Below the pieces are notes generated by a model, which searched no databases, had not been told where the DNA came from, and saw only the letters and a list, made by a program, of their open reading frames with translations. This document shows, piece after piece, positions 9,816 through 22,706 of a DNA stretch of 64,000 bases. A program made the position numbers and the translations under genes. Origin of the DNA: a virus. Its lineage: Duplodnaviria; Caudoviricetes. The number at the start of each line of letters is the position of its first letter. Positions within the stretch are counted from its first letter, which is position 1. The stretch is from IMG/VR virus record IMGVR_UViG_3300010352_001543; one strand, written 5' to 3'.

Positions 9816-10819
9816 CTATCCATTTCCTAATTTGTTTTTCTCTATATTCATCAAATTTATGTTCTTTCCATAAAGATATTTGATCATCCAATGTAAAATT
9901 AAGAGGATCTCTACCATTCATATAACAAAAATGATATTGCATATTTTCCATTCCTTCTTTTCCCAAGGACCAGAACCATTCTTCTGCTTCATCTTCGAAT
10001 TCATAATCAGAAGGAGTATAGAAATAAAGTTCCTTTCCGGTTCGATCCCAAAAGTGTTCGATTATTCTACATAATCCGTCATCGTATTGATTCAGTAACT
10101 CATTGACCTCATCCATATTATAAACTATTTTTGTATGATAGTTTGTGAAATTTTTACCTGGATTGATACGAGCTATTGCTCTTCCATAATTATCTAAAAT
10201 TATTTTTGGATCATGCGGTTTGCTATCTGATAATTTCATTGTTTTCCCTTTTTTAAATTTCCTTTTTCTGTAATTTCTTCATAGTGATTTAGAAAACGGT
10301 TTTCATGAAAAACACTTACATCGCCTTCATGATTTAATACTATAAAATAACCTTTTTTGAAAATTTGTTTTCTATATGAGTAATGTGTACCATCAAGTTC
10401 ATCAAGAACTTCAATAAGATTGACACCATGTTCGAATATTTCTGCTTTACCAGAAAATAACATTGCTTTAAACCAAACAGGTTCTTTATCAATTCCATAT
10501 TGAAAAGCATCAACTGGTTCACTCTTTAATCTAAATTTTCTGATCTTCATAAATAATATCTTGCCCTTAGTTTTTCGGCTCTTTCTTCTAACAATAATGC
10601 TAATTTCAAATCAGCGTCTTTTCTTGTCATTAAATTTTGATCAAGAATTTCTTGTAATTTTTCTGTTCCTATTGTTACTACCAAAACACCAGGAGTTGCT
10701 AATATATGATAATAATTATCGGCTATACCAGGGAAAATACTTAAATATGTATAAGTTTCTACCCGTCCACTTTCTATACCGTAGAAATGGTCACCTGCTT
10801 TTAAATCTGATACTTTCAT
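9802..10819 (-). CDS. Three small hypothetical proteins (9802..10239, 10236..10550, 10547..10819)
   Basis: Overlapping co-oriented ORFs (ATGA coupling). Confidence 0.6.
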
Positions 10820-10836
10820 TCGTTTTGTCCTTAAAT

Positions 10837-11186
10837 TTATTTATCAATTTTACTTTTCGTTTTCCATAATTCATAGCCTTCAGCATATAATTCCTTTGCT
10901 GATTTATTCGATAATTCTTCTATGGAAAATTCTTGTCCGAAGTCCCACGGTGTTCCATACCAACGTGGATTTGGAATATAATAATAAATAATTGTTATAA
11001 AACCTTTTTTATACTTTTAAAATCATGAATATAGTATTCGGGAATTGATGGAGCCATCGGTTGTTCAATATTTGCTGAATCATAGTCAGACCTATACAAA
11101 TCACATAAATTTCTGGTTACTTTCTCTGCTTTTTTAATGAGTTTCGTAAATTCGATATAAGCGTTTAGATCATATTCTTTTTTCAT
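10837..11186 (-). pseudogene. Gene split by a -1 frameshift at A_AAA_AAG (A6 run 11005-11010); domain shared with the C-termini of 5296..5895 and 19539..20138
   Basis: The -1 frame continues GFITIIYYY...GQEFSIEELSNKSAKEL to TAA at 10837, resembling the paralog segment SQKFTLDDIINKSVKDI. Confidence 0.6.
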
Positions 11187-11494
11187 TATCTGAAATCTCC
11201 TAACATATAACCAAGAAGCGTTGGTCCAAGTTCTTCGCCCTCATGACCATATTCAGCCAACCATACATTTGTATTTTTATCCATTTTATAACTTCCACCC
11301 TTGTAACCATTAAATGTTTCGTCAAGTGCAGAAATTGCATGATTTCTCATTTCACCGACAGTAGTGTTATCTACAGGTGTAAAAGCTACATCTTCATAGT
11401 ATCCTCTATAGCTGTCCGGTTCACCGAATCCTTTGGTGACTACTTGTTCTGCCGGATATTCCATTAATTTTACTATTACATCCATTAATTTCAT
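11186..11494 (-). CDS. Conserved phage protein (SYRGYY...GYKGG family)
   Basis: GFGEPDSYRGYYEDVAF, GYKGG. Confidence 0.65.
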   Translation of the reverse strand: MKLMDVIVKLMEYPAEQVVTKGFGEPDSYRGYYEDVAFTPVDNTTVGEMRNHAISALDETFNGYKGGSYKMDKNTNVWLAEYGHEGEELGPTLLGYMLGDFR

Positions 11495-11498
11495 TTTC

Positions 11499-11801
11499 TT
11501 AATCCTCTTGCTGATGAAGTTTATATTGTTTTAAAATATTTTCAAATTGTCTGTTTAAAAAATCTTTAGCTTCTGGAATTGAATCAAATTCGTTTTTTAG
11601 GAAAATATTTTTCCATTCACAGTTTGGATTCCCGTCTTCCATAATGTCATTTTTATACACCATCAAACGAATTTGATGAGTTTTAGCATGTATGCTACCA
11701 ACTATCTTTCCTTCGTATTTAATATAATGTATATCGTCGTAAAACGAACGGTACGCTCCGGTTGATTTTTCTGTTTTGAATGTAAATTTTTTAGCTTTCA
11801 T
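11499..11801 (-). CDS. Hypothetical protein, first gene after a promoter cassette
   Basis: ORF with AGGA RBS. Confidence 0.65.
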   Translation of the reverse strand: MKAKKFTFKTEKSTGAYRSFYDDIHYIKYEGKIVGSIHAKTHQIRLMVYKNDIMEDGNPNCEWKNIFLKNEFDSIPEAKDFLNRQFENILKQYKLHQQED

Positions 11802-11848
11802 TTTTAAATTCCTAAAGTTATTAGTTGTTACTTAATTTATAATATATT

Positions 11849-11913
11849 GACGTAGCTAATGGAATTTTATTGTAACAAAAAGAAAGAATTTTCAAAATAA
11901 ATTGAAAATTCTT
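11849..11913 (-). promoter_or_regulatory. Terminator-hairpin plus promoter cassette, copy 4
   Basis: Same motif and hairpin. Confidence 0.75.
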
Positions 11914-11941
11914 ATTGTTTTCTATATGTTCGAAATGCTAT

Positions 11942-12227
11942 TTAGAATGCATTCATTTTGATCCTTTTATGGTAATTAATCGCTTTGCATATTTCTTCTT
12001 TTTTAGCAATGAATCCTCTTTTATGTTGTTTTAACAATTCAAGCATCTGTAGGTGATTATCGATTATTAGTGAATCAATCAAACTTTTTCATTTTTTTCT
12101 AAGTTCTCCGATGTATCGATCCATCTCTCTAATTTTTACCTCCATTTCCTTGACGAGCAAGCTCAATCTTTTTTACTGGATGAATTTTAACTGGTTTGTT
12201 AGATACTTCTTCTATCAATTCGCTCAT
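11942..12227 (-). pseudogene. Probable decayed gene (extra A in A6 run 12169-12174; in-frame TGA at 12089-12091)
   Basis: Manual translation; fills an otherwise empty 290-bp gap. Confidence 0.4.
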
Positions 12228-12420
12228 TTTTATATTCCTTTGCCCAACAATCTATACAACTACTGACGTCGTCAAATGGTTCCGGACATTCCAACTTAAT
12301 GTCCAATAAATCACAAACACAATAAAGTTGTTCGACCAATCCACCGAATTCTAAATTGATTTGTTCTTGTGTTCTACTATTTACATAAGCATCAATTCTT
12401 GATAGCATTTTGTTTCCTTC

Positions 12421-13224
12421 TTAAATACTGGTCCCTAAATCTTCGATGAGGGTACCAAAGTATGCTTTAGCATCTTCTTTCTTAATAATTTTAGTGTTTG
12501 ATCGTTGAATACTATAATCATTGATAAACGCTGCACAGTTATTCTGATATACCTCATTCCAAAAATAACATGTCTCTGATTCACTCACAATGTAGATACA
12601 TATCGGTTCAATGACATCTTTTAATTGTGTTATGTAATAATGTCCAACTTCAAATTGATCAATATTTGTTGGTTCTTCAACAGCAGGTATTTTAGAAACA
12701 GTAGAACCACATGTTTCTAACAGCCAATCTAATCGATCAAGTATTCTATTATATTCATCTATACCCATTATATTTGTTCTTACTTTATGCTCACCTAATG
12801 TTTTTGTTTCTGATTCAACTTTATCACCGTCTCTAAGTTCGATAGTCAGAATTCGTTTATCTTTTAGAAATTCATCATCTATTGCTTTAAGTTCTTTTAA
12901 ATGTTCTTCGAGTTCTTTTCCTGATATTGTTCCATCAGTGGATAATTGCTCAAAATTTCGTTCCAATTCTTCAGCTGGAATATAATCACCTTATATTCTT
13001 TCGAGTATTCGACCGGTGGTTTCATCTTTAACTATTTCTTTTATATGAATATATCCACCTACTTTTGGTTGATTTTTTCTCATCCATTCTGTTCTCATAT
13101 TAATCGAATCTTTGTTCGCTAATATTATTTTTGAAGCACTTACGATCTGAACATAAGGTTCAAATGGAATAATTTCCTTGATTTTAACTGCTTCTATTTC
13201 TGCTTTACTTCTAAAGATAGCCAT
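12421..13224 (-). pseudogene. Single gene split by in-frame TAA at 12991-12993 (track ORFs 12991..13224 and 12421..12966)
   Basis: Reads ...ILERI*GDYIPAEELERNFEQL in frame; the second ORF has only a TTG start. Confidence 0.6.
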
Positions 13225-13245
13225 TTTTATAATTCCTTTTTCTTT

Positions 13246-13808
13246 TTAAATTAATTTTTCTACATATTCTTTAACATCTTCTATCGTGCCACCGGTGTTG
13301 ATAATATCTAAAATATCGTCTTTTACTATTTGGTAGTAAATTTTTTCTTGTTCTTCATCGATTACACTACATATTGTCTGAAAATCATAACCAACCTTAC
13401 TCATGGAACCGTTTGTTACATGACAAAGTAAATCACAATAATCACTTTCTAATTGATCATAAAATTTTATTTTGTGTTTCCATCTGGCTATATCACCAAA
13501 ATGATATGTTACGTAATCCTTAATATTATAAAATATACTTCTCAACCAAAATTTTAATTTCCACCAAAACATGCTAATTCCTTAAAACATTTATTTTTAA
13601 ATTCTTCTTCACTAATTCTATCATGTGCTACATGATTACTTCCACATCCACAACATGTACATATGTTCAGATCTCTGTATTCTTCCGGATATTCAATATC
13701 TAAAATACAACCCATAAATGTTTCACTATGTTCTTTGGTTCCGCACCTTGGACAAAGTTCATGCTTGATTGCATATTTTTCCATAAATGTGTCGTAAAAA
13801 TTATTCAT
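13246..13808 (-). CDS. Two hypothetical proteins; 13554..13808 is a Cys-rich Zn-finger type
   Basis: CPRCG...CTCCGC. Confidence 0.6.
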
Positions 13809-14226
13809 CTTTATTCTCCATTAGCCAAAGATCAGGATTATCAATTATATTTCCAATAACCTCATATGATATTCCGTTAGATATTTTACAAATATCACTC
13901 CCAAAAATGAAATCTTTTTTATTACATTGAGTACACCAGCCATAATCTTTCCATATGACCAATGCTAACGTTCCATCAACTTTAAATCTTACAATATCAT
14001 CTTCGAAAATTTTTTGATTATGAATGTCTCTTTTTTTTGTAAATTCTCTAAGAGTGAAAGGATCAATCTCTACACTTTCCAAAAATGTTTGAATGTACCA
14101 GATGTCACCATCTCGATAATGATAGCCATATACCCATTGACCATCTTTAATTGATTTTCCTGTAAATTCAATTGTTCTTTCCATCGTTTCGATACATGAT
14201 GGATGTTCTATTTTTGTAATAACCAT
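13801..14226 (-). CDS. YopX-family protein
   Basis: WVYG, KIFEDDIV, EVIGNIIDNPDL. Confidence 0.8.
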   Translation of the reverse strand: MVITKIEHPSCIETMERTIEFTGKSIKDGQWVYGYHYRDGDIWYIQTFLESVEIDPFTLREFTKKRDIHNQKIFEDDIVRFKVDGTLALVIWKDYGWCTQCNKKDFIFGSDICKISNGISYEVIGNIIDNPDLWLMENKDE

Positions 14227-14229
14227 GTT

Positions 14230-14509
14230 TTATATCGACCTCATGAATTGTGTTAGATCGTTCATTCTTCCAGAACACAATTCCATTTCATTATGTATTT
14301 TTTCTTTTCGATTTTGCAGATAAGTATATTTCCATGAATCGGCCGGATATTCTTTCTGCCATTCACTTATGTTGTTTAATTCTCTTCTGATGTCTTCGAT
14401 TAATTTTTTCCATTCTTCTAACTCATGGTTAGTTTCTGATTTAATACGTTCGACAGTTTCTAAGATTTCTTTTTCAGTGAGCTTGACTTGTTTTGTATCT
14501 TTTTTCCAT
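14230..14509 (-). pseudogene. Frameshifted paralog of the EWQKEY family (extra A in A6 run 14500-14505)
   Basis: Removing one A gives a 92-aa ORF MEKDTKQ...EWQKEYPADSW. Confidence 0.55.
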
Positions 14510-14526
14510 TTTAATAATTTCCTATT

Positions 14527-15066
14527 TTAAATTTTAAGAATATGTTTTTTTAAAATAAAATCTTTTAATCTTTTAGCGGCTTCTTGTGGAGTATGCCCAT
14601 CGAATTCAAACAATACCTTCTCCGTTTCAGGAATTCTAAATAAATCCCAATCTTTCATTTCATAGTGATTTGTAATTTGACCTGTTGGTAATATAGCAAC
14701 TACAATGAACCATCCACCGCCAAAACATTCCTCTCCATCGAAATGACGTTTTGATTTATGAACGTTATTTTCCGGAACAAAATTCGAATTTCCATTCTTA
14801 TTATGATACTGCCATTCTCTTGACCAACTATTAAACAAAGCAGCATTATAAAGCATCCGATATTCATATAGCTCATCGAATGTGTGGTATCCGTCTGAAA
14901 TGCCACCAGGCGAACAATTTAATTTAAAATCATTCGCCTTTTCTAAATCTTCTATCTGTTCGTTAATAGATTTGATTTGAAAATTGATTTCTTTGTATAT
15001 TTCATTGAAACTTCTTTCTAAACCTGCTTTCTTTTTATTTTTGACCAAATTTTCTTTTACTTCCAT
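14527..15066 (-). CDS. WDGH-domain phage protein
   Basis: SDGYHTFDELY, KSKRH.DG, GWFIV, GQITNHY, WDLF, FDGHT. Confidence 0.7.
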   Translation of the reverse strand: MEVKENLVKNKKKAGLERSFNEIYKEINFQIKSINEQIEDLEKANDFKLNCSPGGISDGYHTFDELYEYRMLYNAALFNSWSREWQYHNKNGNSNFVPENNVHKSKRHFDGEECFGGGWFIVVAILPTGQITNHYEMKDWDLFRIPETEKVLFEFDGHTPQEAAKRLKDFILKKHILKI

Positions 15067-16142
15067 TTTCTAAATATCCTTTTGATTAATTTCTTTAAAA
15101 ATCTTTGTTTTTGATAATCCTCCATTTGTTCTTTGAATGTAGGTGGAATTTCAGTAGAGCAATAATCAATATCTACAACTATAGTTATATTAAAACTTGC
15201 ACTCCTATCCAAAGCATACGCGCTTATCCAACCAGGACTACACCATCCCATCATTCCAGAATCATCTGAAAGTATAATATTTTTACAATAATCCTTTTTA
15301 AAATTATATTTATGATGTATTAAAACAATCCAATCCTCAACATATTTACTCATTTCGGGAGTGTTTATGTTTACTGTATAATGATTATCTGAATGTTCAA
15401 CAACATCTAGCCAAGTCTCATTTATTTTAATTTTCATTTTTCACCCATTTTATTTCTTTTCGAATTTTTTGAATTTCTAAATTTAGAGATTCAATACAAT
15501 TTTTATGTTGTTTGATCAAATCTTGTTTTCTATCTATTGTTTTAAACAAAATTTTCAGTTCAATTTCTTTTTCTTTGGCTGTCATCATTTTTTAAATTAT
15601 AATGTGTTTATTCTTCTCTTCTAACTGTTGGTCTCTCTTTGATATAAAATAATTATACAATTTGATCTTTTCTTGATTATATTGTTCGATTAATTCTGGG
15701 TTTTCTTTTATTTTATTAGCCACGTATAGAGCGTCATTGTAACTACTAAATGCCATTGGAAATTCACAACCAATATTATTACCAACTTTGGCGGCATGAT
15801 AAATATGTTTCCAAGGATCTACCGGTAAATACTTTCCGAACATTCTACCTGTATTTTTGAATCTGTACATTAATATGTATGTATCAGATACATATTCTTC
15901 GTCGTATTTTATCAATAATTCAATTTCTTTGTCTGTCATTTTCCTAACATCTCTTTGACTTTTTCATCTATCTTTTGTTGTTGATATTTATGTTCTTCTT
16001 TTATACTTTCTTTATATGACCTTTTGTACTCAGCAGCGGCAAATAAAATATCCAAAAATTCCTCTTCTGTTGGAAGAGGCTTAGTTGGATCATAATGAAG
16101 AATACCATCTTTAAATTTTTCTGATTCTATAAGCGATGACAT
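15057..16142 (-). CDS. Run of small hypothetical proteins (15057..15437, 15592..15939, 15936..16142)
   Basis: Co-oriented ORFs. Confidence 0.55.
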
Positions 16143-16585
16143 GGCGGAACCTCACATTCAAAAATATCTGCATTTTCGTAAATATTACCAAGTTTCTTAA
16201 TTGATGGGACCGGAAAACCATCTCGTGATAGTCTATGTTTCATCCAAACATTTTTATTAGATTCATATGAATATGGATAATACAAAGACCAATCAAAATC
16301 TTCTTTTATAATATAACCAATAATACCGCTAAGAAAATGGTCGTTTACCTGGACAATATCATGTCTGAATAATTTCTGACCATCATCGTCATCAACTCCA
16401 GTATATTGTAGAAAGATTAAATCCTTGTTTTCTACTGTTTTCTCTTCACCTAAGGAATTCATGAAAGTTGCTTGACTAATTCCTTGAGGCGCATTCTCGA
16501 ACGATATGCTGGTTAAAGCAATATAAAATTCCTTTTCTCTTTTGTCATATACATTAAATTCAATTAGATCATTAGCTACGTTCAT
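16127..16585 (-). CDS. YopX-family protein
   Basis: LQYTGVDD.DG..LF..DIV, LGNIYEN. Confidence 0.8.
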   Translation of the reverse strand: MNVANDLIEFNVYDKREKEFYIALTSISFENAPQGISQATFMNSLGEEKTVENKDLIFLQYTGVDDDDGQKLFRHDIVQVNDHFLSGIIGYIIKEDFDWSLYYPYSYESNKNVWMKHRLSRDGFPVPSIKKLGNIYENADIFECEVPPCHRL

Positions 16586-18721
16586 GGTCTCCTGCCTTGA
16601 AAAGTGATTCCAATGCTTTCGCTAAATTCACCTCATTTATCTCATCTTCCACTAACAACATCCATATATTGCTTTGTGAATTAGAAATTTCTAAATCATC
16701 AAACCGATCCCGGTACCTTGCTGAATTGTAAAGATTGAAAGTTGTATTGTTATCCACTAAGTATTGTGTATCCATTCTGAAATACGCAGTTCCGTTCATT
16801 TCAAAATATAGCACCATGTGGTTGTCATTCATTTGCTTTTCGATCATTTGAAATTTTTCTAAACTGTACATGGTTAATAATACTCCGTAAATACATAGTA
16901 GCCATTCATAAAGTCACCTCCAGCATAGCAACTTATCCTACGATTACCGCAAGTACATCTCCGGTCACCGCGGGTGTATGTATCGCATTCGTCACAGCTA
17001 TTAATTTGCATTAACGTACCAACCGGGTATTGTTCATCCAACCATCTTGCACCTAAAATTTCGTTTACTTCATCGAAGATTTGGTTTTCTGTTTTCCCTT
17101 CAATTGGGATGTTTAACTCACTCGCTTTTACTAAAGTCATCTGAAGACGTTTATTTCGTTGATCCCTTTGCTTAATTTGTTTATCAACTTCAAGTTTCAG
17201 ATTATTGTAGTAATCGATAAATGTATTACTTCTGTTCCTTAGATTAATACAATCAATTTCTATACCATTGACCACATGAGTATGATTACTATAAGAATTT
17301 TTCCAATTTGGTGGACTATTATAATACAAACTATATTTTGTTATAATTTCATCGTACATGGTTGAATAAGCTTTGGTTCTTTTACCTTTTGTTGCCTTTG
17401 TAGCTATTCCAAATGATCTAAATAAGTCCTCCAAGTATGCTTCTATTTCTAAACGTGCTTGATGACGTTTTCGTCCAACGGTTATGTTATGACCCTCCAT
17501 ATCTAATATTTGCTCATGGATTTGTTGAACTGCTTCAACCGGCATATTATAAAGTTTCTGTAAATCTCTTATGAATGATAAATCATTCAATCCATAATCA
17601 GCAAAACCTTTGTACTGCTGTATGTTAGCCATTATTTCTTTAATTTCGTTTTTTGTTTCTTCTAACATTTTAAAATTCCTCTTCATTATTATAAACCAGG
17701 AGTTCGAGAAAATAGTCTTCAAGTAACATTATTTTCATTTCATCACTTTCTGGAAAATTGTTTCCGCTTGGAGACTTGTAAGTTAATAAGTGCCGATATG
17801 CTGCACCGCTTGATTTAAATACTTGATTGTCTATCCTTGTATCCGGAAAATCTTTTAACACTACCACAAATAACTTGGTAGTGTATAATTTTTCATCTTC
17901 CATAGTTTACAAATTCTCGAACATTTTTTTGATTCTTAAATATCTTTCTCTGGTCCGGTACGGATTTTTGTCTATAAAGAACATAAGGACACAGTTAGCA
18001 AAAATTACTAAAAGACATACACACAATCCAGTAACCGCTGTTTTTAAGTCTTCACTAAGCATCATAAATACAGTGTATACTATAATTATTAGTGATATGA
18101 AATTGATCCATCCAGTTGCTTTCATTTTTTAATTTCCTGAGTTGTTTAAGACTTTTTTGAATTTGTAAATTGGATAAGTTCTTGCTTCATCGTCATAAAT
18201 TGCGGTAAAGGTTCTTTTATTGCTTTTTACAAATTTAACAGGTATATCATTTGTTAATAAAACCATATCACCTTTGTTTAATTTCTTGATTGCAAGGTAC
18301 TGTTCGAGTGTTCCATTTGGTATCATCTTATTACCTTTTCAGTTAAATTTCCTAAAATAGTTATTTGAGAGTTAATATCCAATCGTATGATTGCAGAATT
18401 TTTTACAAAAGGAGAAGTAACAATCCAATTGTCTTCAAATCTATCAAATTTATAAAGATTATTGCATTCATCAAGGAATATATCATTTTTTTCAAGAAGA
18501 TGTCCGACTTGTTTTTCTTTTATTTTTTGTGCTTGTTTTTCCGTCATTGACACAAAACAACCATATCCTATTCTATACTCTATATCATCGATAATAGCAT
18601 TGAAAGTTTTCTGGTTACGGTGCTGAAAGATTGCTGTCTGTCCATTATTTAATAGAATTTCATAACCATATCTTAATTGAGATAATTCATTTAATCTTTG
18701 TTCATTTGTCGTTGTTTTCAT
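16572..18721 (-). CDS. Run of hypothetical proteins, including 16874..17722 with a C-terminal Cys cluster (C..C...RRC.CGNRR)
   Basis: Co-oriented ORFs downstream of promoter copy 5. Confidence 0.55.
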
Positions 18722-18768
18722 TTTTATTTTTCCTAAAATTATTAGTTAATGTTTAAATATAATATATT

Positions 18769-18836
18769 GACGTAGCTAATGTAATTTTATTGTAAACAAA
18801 AAGAAAGAATTTTCAATTTATTTTAGAAAATTCTTT
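18769..18836 (-). promoter_or_regulatory. Terminator-hairpin plus promoter cassette, copy 5
   Basis: Same motif and hairpin. Confidence 0.75.
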
Positions 18837-18843
18837 AAATATT

Positions 18844-21462
18844 TCAATAATACCTTAATTTTTGAATATCTTTGATTAGAATAGCTTCTTCTTTTTTAAT
18901 TTCTTCTAATCTTCGCTGAAGCATTTCATCATCTTCTAATTTCTTTTCTTTTTCTTTTAGGTACTTAGCAGTTTTCTTTTCTTTTGTTTTCCTTGCCTTA
19001 ACTTCTTCATCAGTTTCTAATCTGATATATTTAACATAAGCACTGACCGAACCTTCTACATAACTTTTTAAATGAATGGATACTTTTTCATACATTTCCA
19101 AACGATGTTTAACATCATTAATATATGTAATAACTTTGTCGACAGGTCCGTTAAATTTTTTGATATTTAACTCTTCATTGATTTCTTTTTTAAATCTCTC
19201 AATTTCCATTAAATTTTTCCAAACAACCTATTGTACCAAGCATTGTTGAATTTTCCTACTGGTGAATTGAACCGAATTTTACCTGAACCAGTCATCAGCC
19301 AATTTACTGGAAATGAAGAAAAGAGTAACAACGCCCATACGACAAATAATGGAAATGTCAACCGCCATAAAAAATTAGTCTTTTTTGGTGGTTCTGATTC
19401 TTTGATGATCCGGTACTCGCTGTTCCTAAGTTCATCCGTTATTAACTGAATATCTTCTCTATTATAGCCCATTGCTTGAACTATCATTTTTGCCAATTCT
19501 TCATAAGGAACTTGGCTATACTTATACATATTTAACATTTAGTTACCTTCATATTTTTCTTTAAGTTTTAAATACTGTTCATATTGTTGTTTTTCTAATC
19601 TTTCATTTCTTTCTTTTTCAAACAATTCTTTTTTTCTATCAGCTTCTTCTTTTTTCTTTCGATTTTCTTCTTTTATAACAAATAATCGTTCATTGGAAAT
19701 ATCTTTTACCGATTTGTTTATTATATCATCTAATGTGAATTTTTGTGAATAATATTCTGGTTCATAGCAACCCGAGTTAGGCCATCTATCAAATTCATAT
19801 GTAACTTCAAATTCTCCATTTTCCATACAACCAAAATCATAACTAAAATCACTTTCATGTTTAGAGTAGTTAACATTTGGGTATTCTTCTGCAAATAAAC
19901 TTAATGTGACATCTTTTGCTTTTTCCAATATTTTATTAAATTCTTTAAAAACATTTTGCTTAAATATTACATTTTCGTATTTTTCAACTATAATATCTTT
20001 TGAAGTACAAAAAAGATGATTTATATAACCTTCATAATAATCATTAATATATCCAGCATCTGTAATACCAGCTGTTATTTTCATATCTTTTAGGATATCT
20101 TTCTTTGCTTCTTCCGTTTCTATTATTACCATTGGCATAAATTTATTCTCCTAATATATTTTCTACAAAATTCTTTTTCCAATCAGATTCTTGTTTTGAT
20201 AAATATGATTTATACTCTCTTTCAACATATTCAGCAAATCTTCCCATAATAGGAATTTCTATCGTGATAATATAACTATCAGGCAAACTGATTTCACATT
20301 CCCAAATGATTTTTGGGTCGTCGTTATTGTGTCCCCCACCACAGTCTTTTAGAATAAAGCGTAGACGAAGACTCCCATCAATAATTTTGAAATAAAAATA
20401 TTTTAAATAATTTATATTGTCAGCTTTCCAATATTCTATATTATATACATCTAACTTTTCCATTCCTGAGTATCGCCAATAATACCCTTCTTTTGTGGAT
20501 ATTAATGTTGCTTGGTGAGTTTTTAAAAGTTCTATTATAGATGAAGGATTGATCACTTGGTGACAACCTGTTGATATTTCACCCATCAGTGATAGTATCT
20601 TAAATAATCTTGCTTCTTTTTCTACTATTGTCATTTTACTCATCCTTTGCTTTATCAAAATAACATAATTGAATATTTGAGCAATCTCTCATTGGTTCAA
20701 CTTTAGGTAAATCAAATTGAATTACATATTTAACAATTACATTCGCTAATTTTTTGAAAAATTCACTAATCATTCTATCTAATTCAAGTTCTTCATTTTT
20801 TGTAAGTTCATTTTCCATATTATTCCTCTTTAAATTTATCTTCCCCATAATCCATTTTTATGACTATCATATGTGGTTCAGAAATATCAACCGATTCAAG
20901 ATAATCATTTAATTGTTTTTCAGTTGGTGTATGTTGTAATATATCAAACAATTCCATCCATTTTAGATAATATTTATATGCTTGTTCATTTGCTTCTTTA
21001 TCATCCTCATCATCCTCATGAATCATAATTTTTACGTCATTGTCAATTTGTTCAAGCAATTTATTTGTAAAAATTCTTTTTGATTCTACCGTTTTTGAAA
21101 ATGCAGGAATATTTGACCAATACGTTATCCATTTCGGAGTTTCATCTTCTTCTATCAAAATACACCATAATCTCTCTTTTAGAGATTTGTGTTTGTTATA
21201 TCCTATCCATTCCATTTTATTCCTCGTAGTTGGTTATATCTCCATGAAAGAGTTTATCATGGTTTTGACATTCATCGTCAATAATGTCAATTTTTCGTAT
21301 AACACCTTTTTGAGCTGAATAGTGATGACCCTCATAACTAAATTCAAAACCACTATCTCTCATACAAATTCCCATAAATTCACCATCTCTGGTTTTTAAA
21401 CCAACACCAGAGAAAACTTCTTCCAAAAGTATGCCTCTGTCTGAATCTACACTTATTTTCAT
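18844..21462 (-). CDS. Run of seven hypothetical proteins (18844, 19209, 19539, 20143, 20636, 20820, 21217)
   Basis: Tightly packed co-oriented ORFs; 19209..19538 has one TM helix. Confidence 0.6.
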
Positions 21463-21465
21463 TTT

Positions 21466-22368
21466 TTATTCTTTCCCAAAAATTTTAACTTTATTTTCCA
21501 TTAATTTGTAGAACAATTCTCTATGTTCATTAACTATATCAGATTCTTTTATTTGGTCGATATGAAAAAACTTCAATTCCGCAATGTCATCATTTGGTAT
21601 TGGATTTCCAAAGATATATTTAGCAGTAAAGAATGAGGTCATGATTTTATCGTACTCGGAACGATACCGCCAGTCATCGATTCTATGAGATGATAAGTAT
21701 GTAATATCTCCAATTTCAATTCCTGTCTCTTCTGAAACTTCACGCTTTACCGTATGCTCCAATGATGAATCTTTTATATCAACAAATCCACCAACAAATC
21801 TGTATTCTTTCTCGTGTGGTTTCCTTGCCATTAGAATTTCGAAATTTCTAATTATAGCAACGTCGACCGTTTGATAAGAAATATCGTACTTGTGGAAACT
21901 TCCATAAATTACACCTGCTCTAAAATCTTCAGAACATCTTGTATCATTTTTAATAGAATTTCTCATTTCAGTTGCTGAAGTATAAATGTTGGTGGAAATT
22001 TCTTTAGTTGGAAACTTACCTGAGTAGTAAGGAATAAATGAATCCCGGCTTCCATAGAGAACAACTGATTCATGTTTAACAATCTCATCTATTCTACTAT
22101 CAAGATTGTTGCTCCAATCCTTGTCATCCCTCATATCAGGAATTGATTGAACTATAACATTCGGATAAGCAGATTCGATCATAACCTTACGTGTGAAGAA
22201 GTCAAGTGGATTTCTTTTACTATTTTGGTTTGAAATACCAAGAAATATAATAACACGTTTGTGATTTGATACAACTTCATCTATCAAATTTCGATGTCCT
22301 TCATGAAGTGTCGCTGTTTGAAAACGTCCGACAATAACTGCTGTATCAAAAATTGTTTCTTTATTCAT
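21466..22368 (-). CDS. nadM: Bifunctional NMN adenylyltransferase / Nudix (ADP-ribose) hydrolase, NadM-Nudix type
   Basis: VGRFQ..LHEGH, RNPL, SATEMR; Nudix box GGFVD...REVSEETG. Confidence 0.92.
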   Translation of the reverse strand: MNKETIFDTAVIVGRFQTATLHEGHRNLIDEVVSNHKRVIIFLGISNQNSKRNPLDFFTRKVMIESAYPNVIVQSIPDMRDDKDWSNNLDSRIDEIVKHESVVLYGSRDSFIPYYSGKFPTKEISTNIYTSATEMRNSIKNDTRCSEDFRAGVIYGSFHKYDISYQTVDVAIIRNFEILMARKPHEKEYRFVGGFVDIKDSSLEHTVKREVSEETGIEIGDITYLSSHRIDDWRYRSEYDKIMTSFFTAKYIFGNPIPNDDIAELKFFHIDQIKESDIVNEHRELFYKLMENKVKIFGKE

Positions 22369-22706
22369 TCTCTTCCCTCAATTTTTATTATATTCATAAA
22401 ACTTATATGAATTATCTAATAATGACATTTCATTACTTTCTTTAATTAAAGTGTTTAACATTTCAACTAAAATATTATTTATTCTTCCAGACATACACGA
22501 TATATCTCCAACTAAATTATATAATTCATTTTTGAGTTCACTATATTCAGGCATGTTAAATTTATCTTTATCAAGTGGACGTAAAAGAGTTATCATATCT
22601 TTATTTGAATAAAATATCCTGGAATTAATACTTGATACATTACTATACATTTCGATCAATTCTAATCTCATTTTTTCTTCGTCGGGTAAATCTGTACTAT
22701 ATACTA

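Noticed and set aside
10340-14906. Nested minus-strand ORFs 10340..10522 and 14700..14906
   Set aside because: They are out-of-frame ORFs wholly inside better-supported genes.
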